A stretch of 16,113 bases of DNA from contig JAWOBU010000190.1 of assembly GCA_046484135.1 (NCBI GenBank), forward strand, positions 1-16,113. The letters run 5' to 3'. The stretch comes from a bacterium (GTDB taxonomy: Bacteria; RBG-13-61-14; DATKZS01). Positions 14,893 to 16,113 of this stretch are shown here, one piece after another. How positions within the stretch are numbered: position 1 is the stretch's first letter; the number at the start of each line of letters is the position of its first letter. Under the pieces are notes generated by a model. The model did not search any database. It saw nothing but the letters and a program-made list of their open reading frames with translations, and had not been told where the DNA came from. Position numbers and translations under genes: made by a program.

Positions 14893-15990
14893 TCAGCCTT
14901 TGTCCGTCTTGTTCTGCTCTGGCTTTTTCTTTCTTCTCTGGTTTAAGTGGTGGAGGTATAAGCGGGCGGAGTAATCGTCGAAGCAGGCCCGGTTGTCGTA
15001 GATTTTCCGGTTTTTTTGGGAGGCCCCCAGCTCGGTCATGAGGTCGGTTTTCACCTTGTCTTCTTTGGGGTTTTCCGGCAGGGTGTAGCTGGTAATATTG
15101 AAGTTGTCGTCCACTGTGGCGCGGGGCGCCGAGGATATCAGCTTGTTGTAAAGATGCTGGTAGTTCAACAGGGCGGAGGAGGTCTTGTTCTCTCCCAGTC
15201 CGGAGTAGTCGAACTCGCTTTCCACGATCCGGACGGGGTAAGGAGAGCTCAATCTGTAGATGTCCATGATCTGGACCTGCAGGCCCGCCGCGGTCGTCCG
15301 TCCTTGCCGGAGCGCTTCCGGCTTTAAGCTCATCTGCTGGATGGCCCTTTGCACGCCTCCCGCTCCTTCCTCCCCTCTGGCGGCGGCGGAAGGCGGCTTG
15401 TTAAAGCTCTCCAGGGAGTACCCCTCCTCTTCTTCGGACACCTCCGGCTTCTCCTTTATCTTTCCCCGCACGATCAGCAACACGTCATTGTAATAAAGCT
15501 CGACCTCCCGGCGGTCGTCGGTAAACAGCACGAGCTTGTCTTCCGTCATCTGTTTTATTCCCGCGGCCTGGAACCGGCGGGAGATCTTGTCCAGCCCGCT
15601 CTGCTTGACCACGTAGGAGTCTATGCCGAGCTCTTGAAGCTGTTTGGAGAGGGCCTGGGCGTTCTTTAGCTCGGAGAAGCTCCTCGCCACCCAGGGGGCC
15701 GGCTGTTTCAGCTTCAGGCCGGCGGTGTAGAGGTCCATGTTCAAAAGGTCCTTGAACTTGAAGAGCTCGGTCTGGCCTACATGTGCCTTGGGTGAGACCA
15801 TGACCAGGTAGGCTTCCGGTGGAGGAGCCTCTTCCGGGCCGGAGCGCGCCGCGCTGGTTGCGGTCGCGCTTGATCCTTCGGGCTCCTGCTTTTCCGGAGG
15901 CGGCGCAGAAGGAAAAGAGGCTCCGCAATAGATACAGGTTGTGGCCCGGTCGTTGTTGGGCCTCTTGCATTTGGGACAAGGCCTGGCCAT
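14893..15990 (-). CDS. Hypothetical protein (365 aa) with N-terminal zinc ribbon
   Basis: Start at 15990 with GGAGG upstream. CPKC-x10-CIYC, then a Pro/Ala/Glu-rich linker and a soluble domain I cannot assign. Confidence 0.8.
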   Translation of the reverse strand: MARPCPKCKRPNNDRATTCIYCGASFPSAPPPEKQEPEGSSATATSAARSGPEEAPPPEAYLVMVSPKAHVGQTELFKFKDLLNMDLYTAGLKLKQPAPWVARSFSELKNAQALSKQLQELGIDSYVVKQSGLDKISRRFQAAGIKQMTEDKLVLFTDDRREVELYYNDVLLIVRGKIKEKPEVSEEEEGYSLESFNKPPSAAARGEEGAGGVQRAIQQMSLKPEALRQGRTTAAGLQVQIMDIYRLSSPYPVRIVESEFDYSGLGENKTSSALLNYQHLYNKLISSAPRATVDDNFNITSYTLPENPKEDKVKTDLMTELGASQKNRKIYDNRACFDDYSARLYLHHLNQRRKKKPEQNKTDKG

Positions 15991-16113
15991 TTGAGGGAAT
16001 CCTCCCTGATAGTTAAGATGCAAACTTCAAAGGTATAGATTCTGCTTTTACGGGCTTTCGTTTATTGTTGCAGTCATTTTTATTGATGCGTTTTGAAAAG
16101 TCAAAAGCCTATT

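Noticed and set aside
4945..16023. Longest-ORF starts given for nuoE (5073), nuoB (7435), MauE/DoxX (8534), iscS (10606), gshB (11699) and the hypothetical gene (16023)
   Set aside because: The extensions overlap upstream genes or promoter regions and lack family similarity. Downstream starts have SD motifs, stop/start coupling or promoter support.

Overview
GC-rich bacterial chromosomal window. All confidently called genes lie on the minus strand, and the gene content suggests a deltaproteobacterial-type anaerobe (inference). In transcription order (right to left): a zinc-ribbon hypothetical protein, a 311-bp MITE-like insertion, the tightly packed run fmt - MTH1187-family - dtd - gshA (ATP-grasp type) - gshB, an iscS-like gene plus iscU, a hairpin-rich spacer, a MauE/DoxX-family membrane protein, and the complex I operon nuoABCDEFGHI, which runs off the left edge. 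The two strongest unexpected signals are: (1) the IscS homologue has lost its PLP Schiff-base Lys, the PLP-binding Gln and the substrate-binding Arg but keeps the loop Cys, and sits between glutathione-synthesis genes and an IscU with a His-rich/zinc-ribbon tail, which suggests a desulfurase-independent Fe-S assembly module; (2) a non-coding element at 14574-14884 with 24-bp terminal inverted repeats, an 8-bp target duplication and two large branched internal hairpins. Several ORF-track starts are over-extended and are corrected here.
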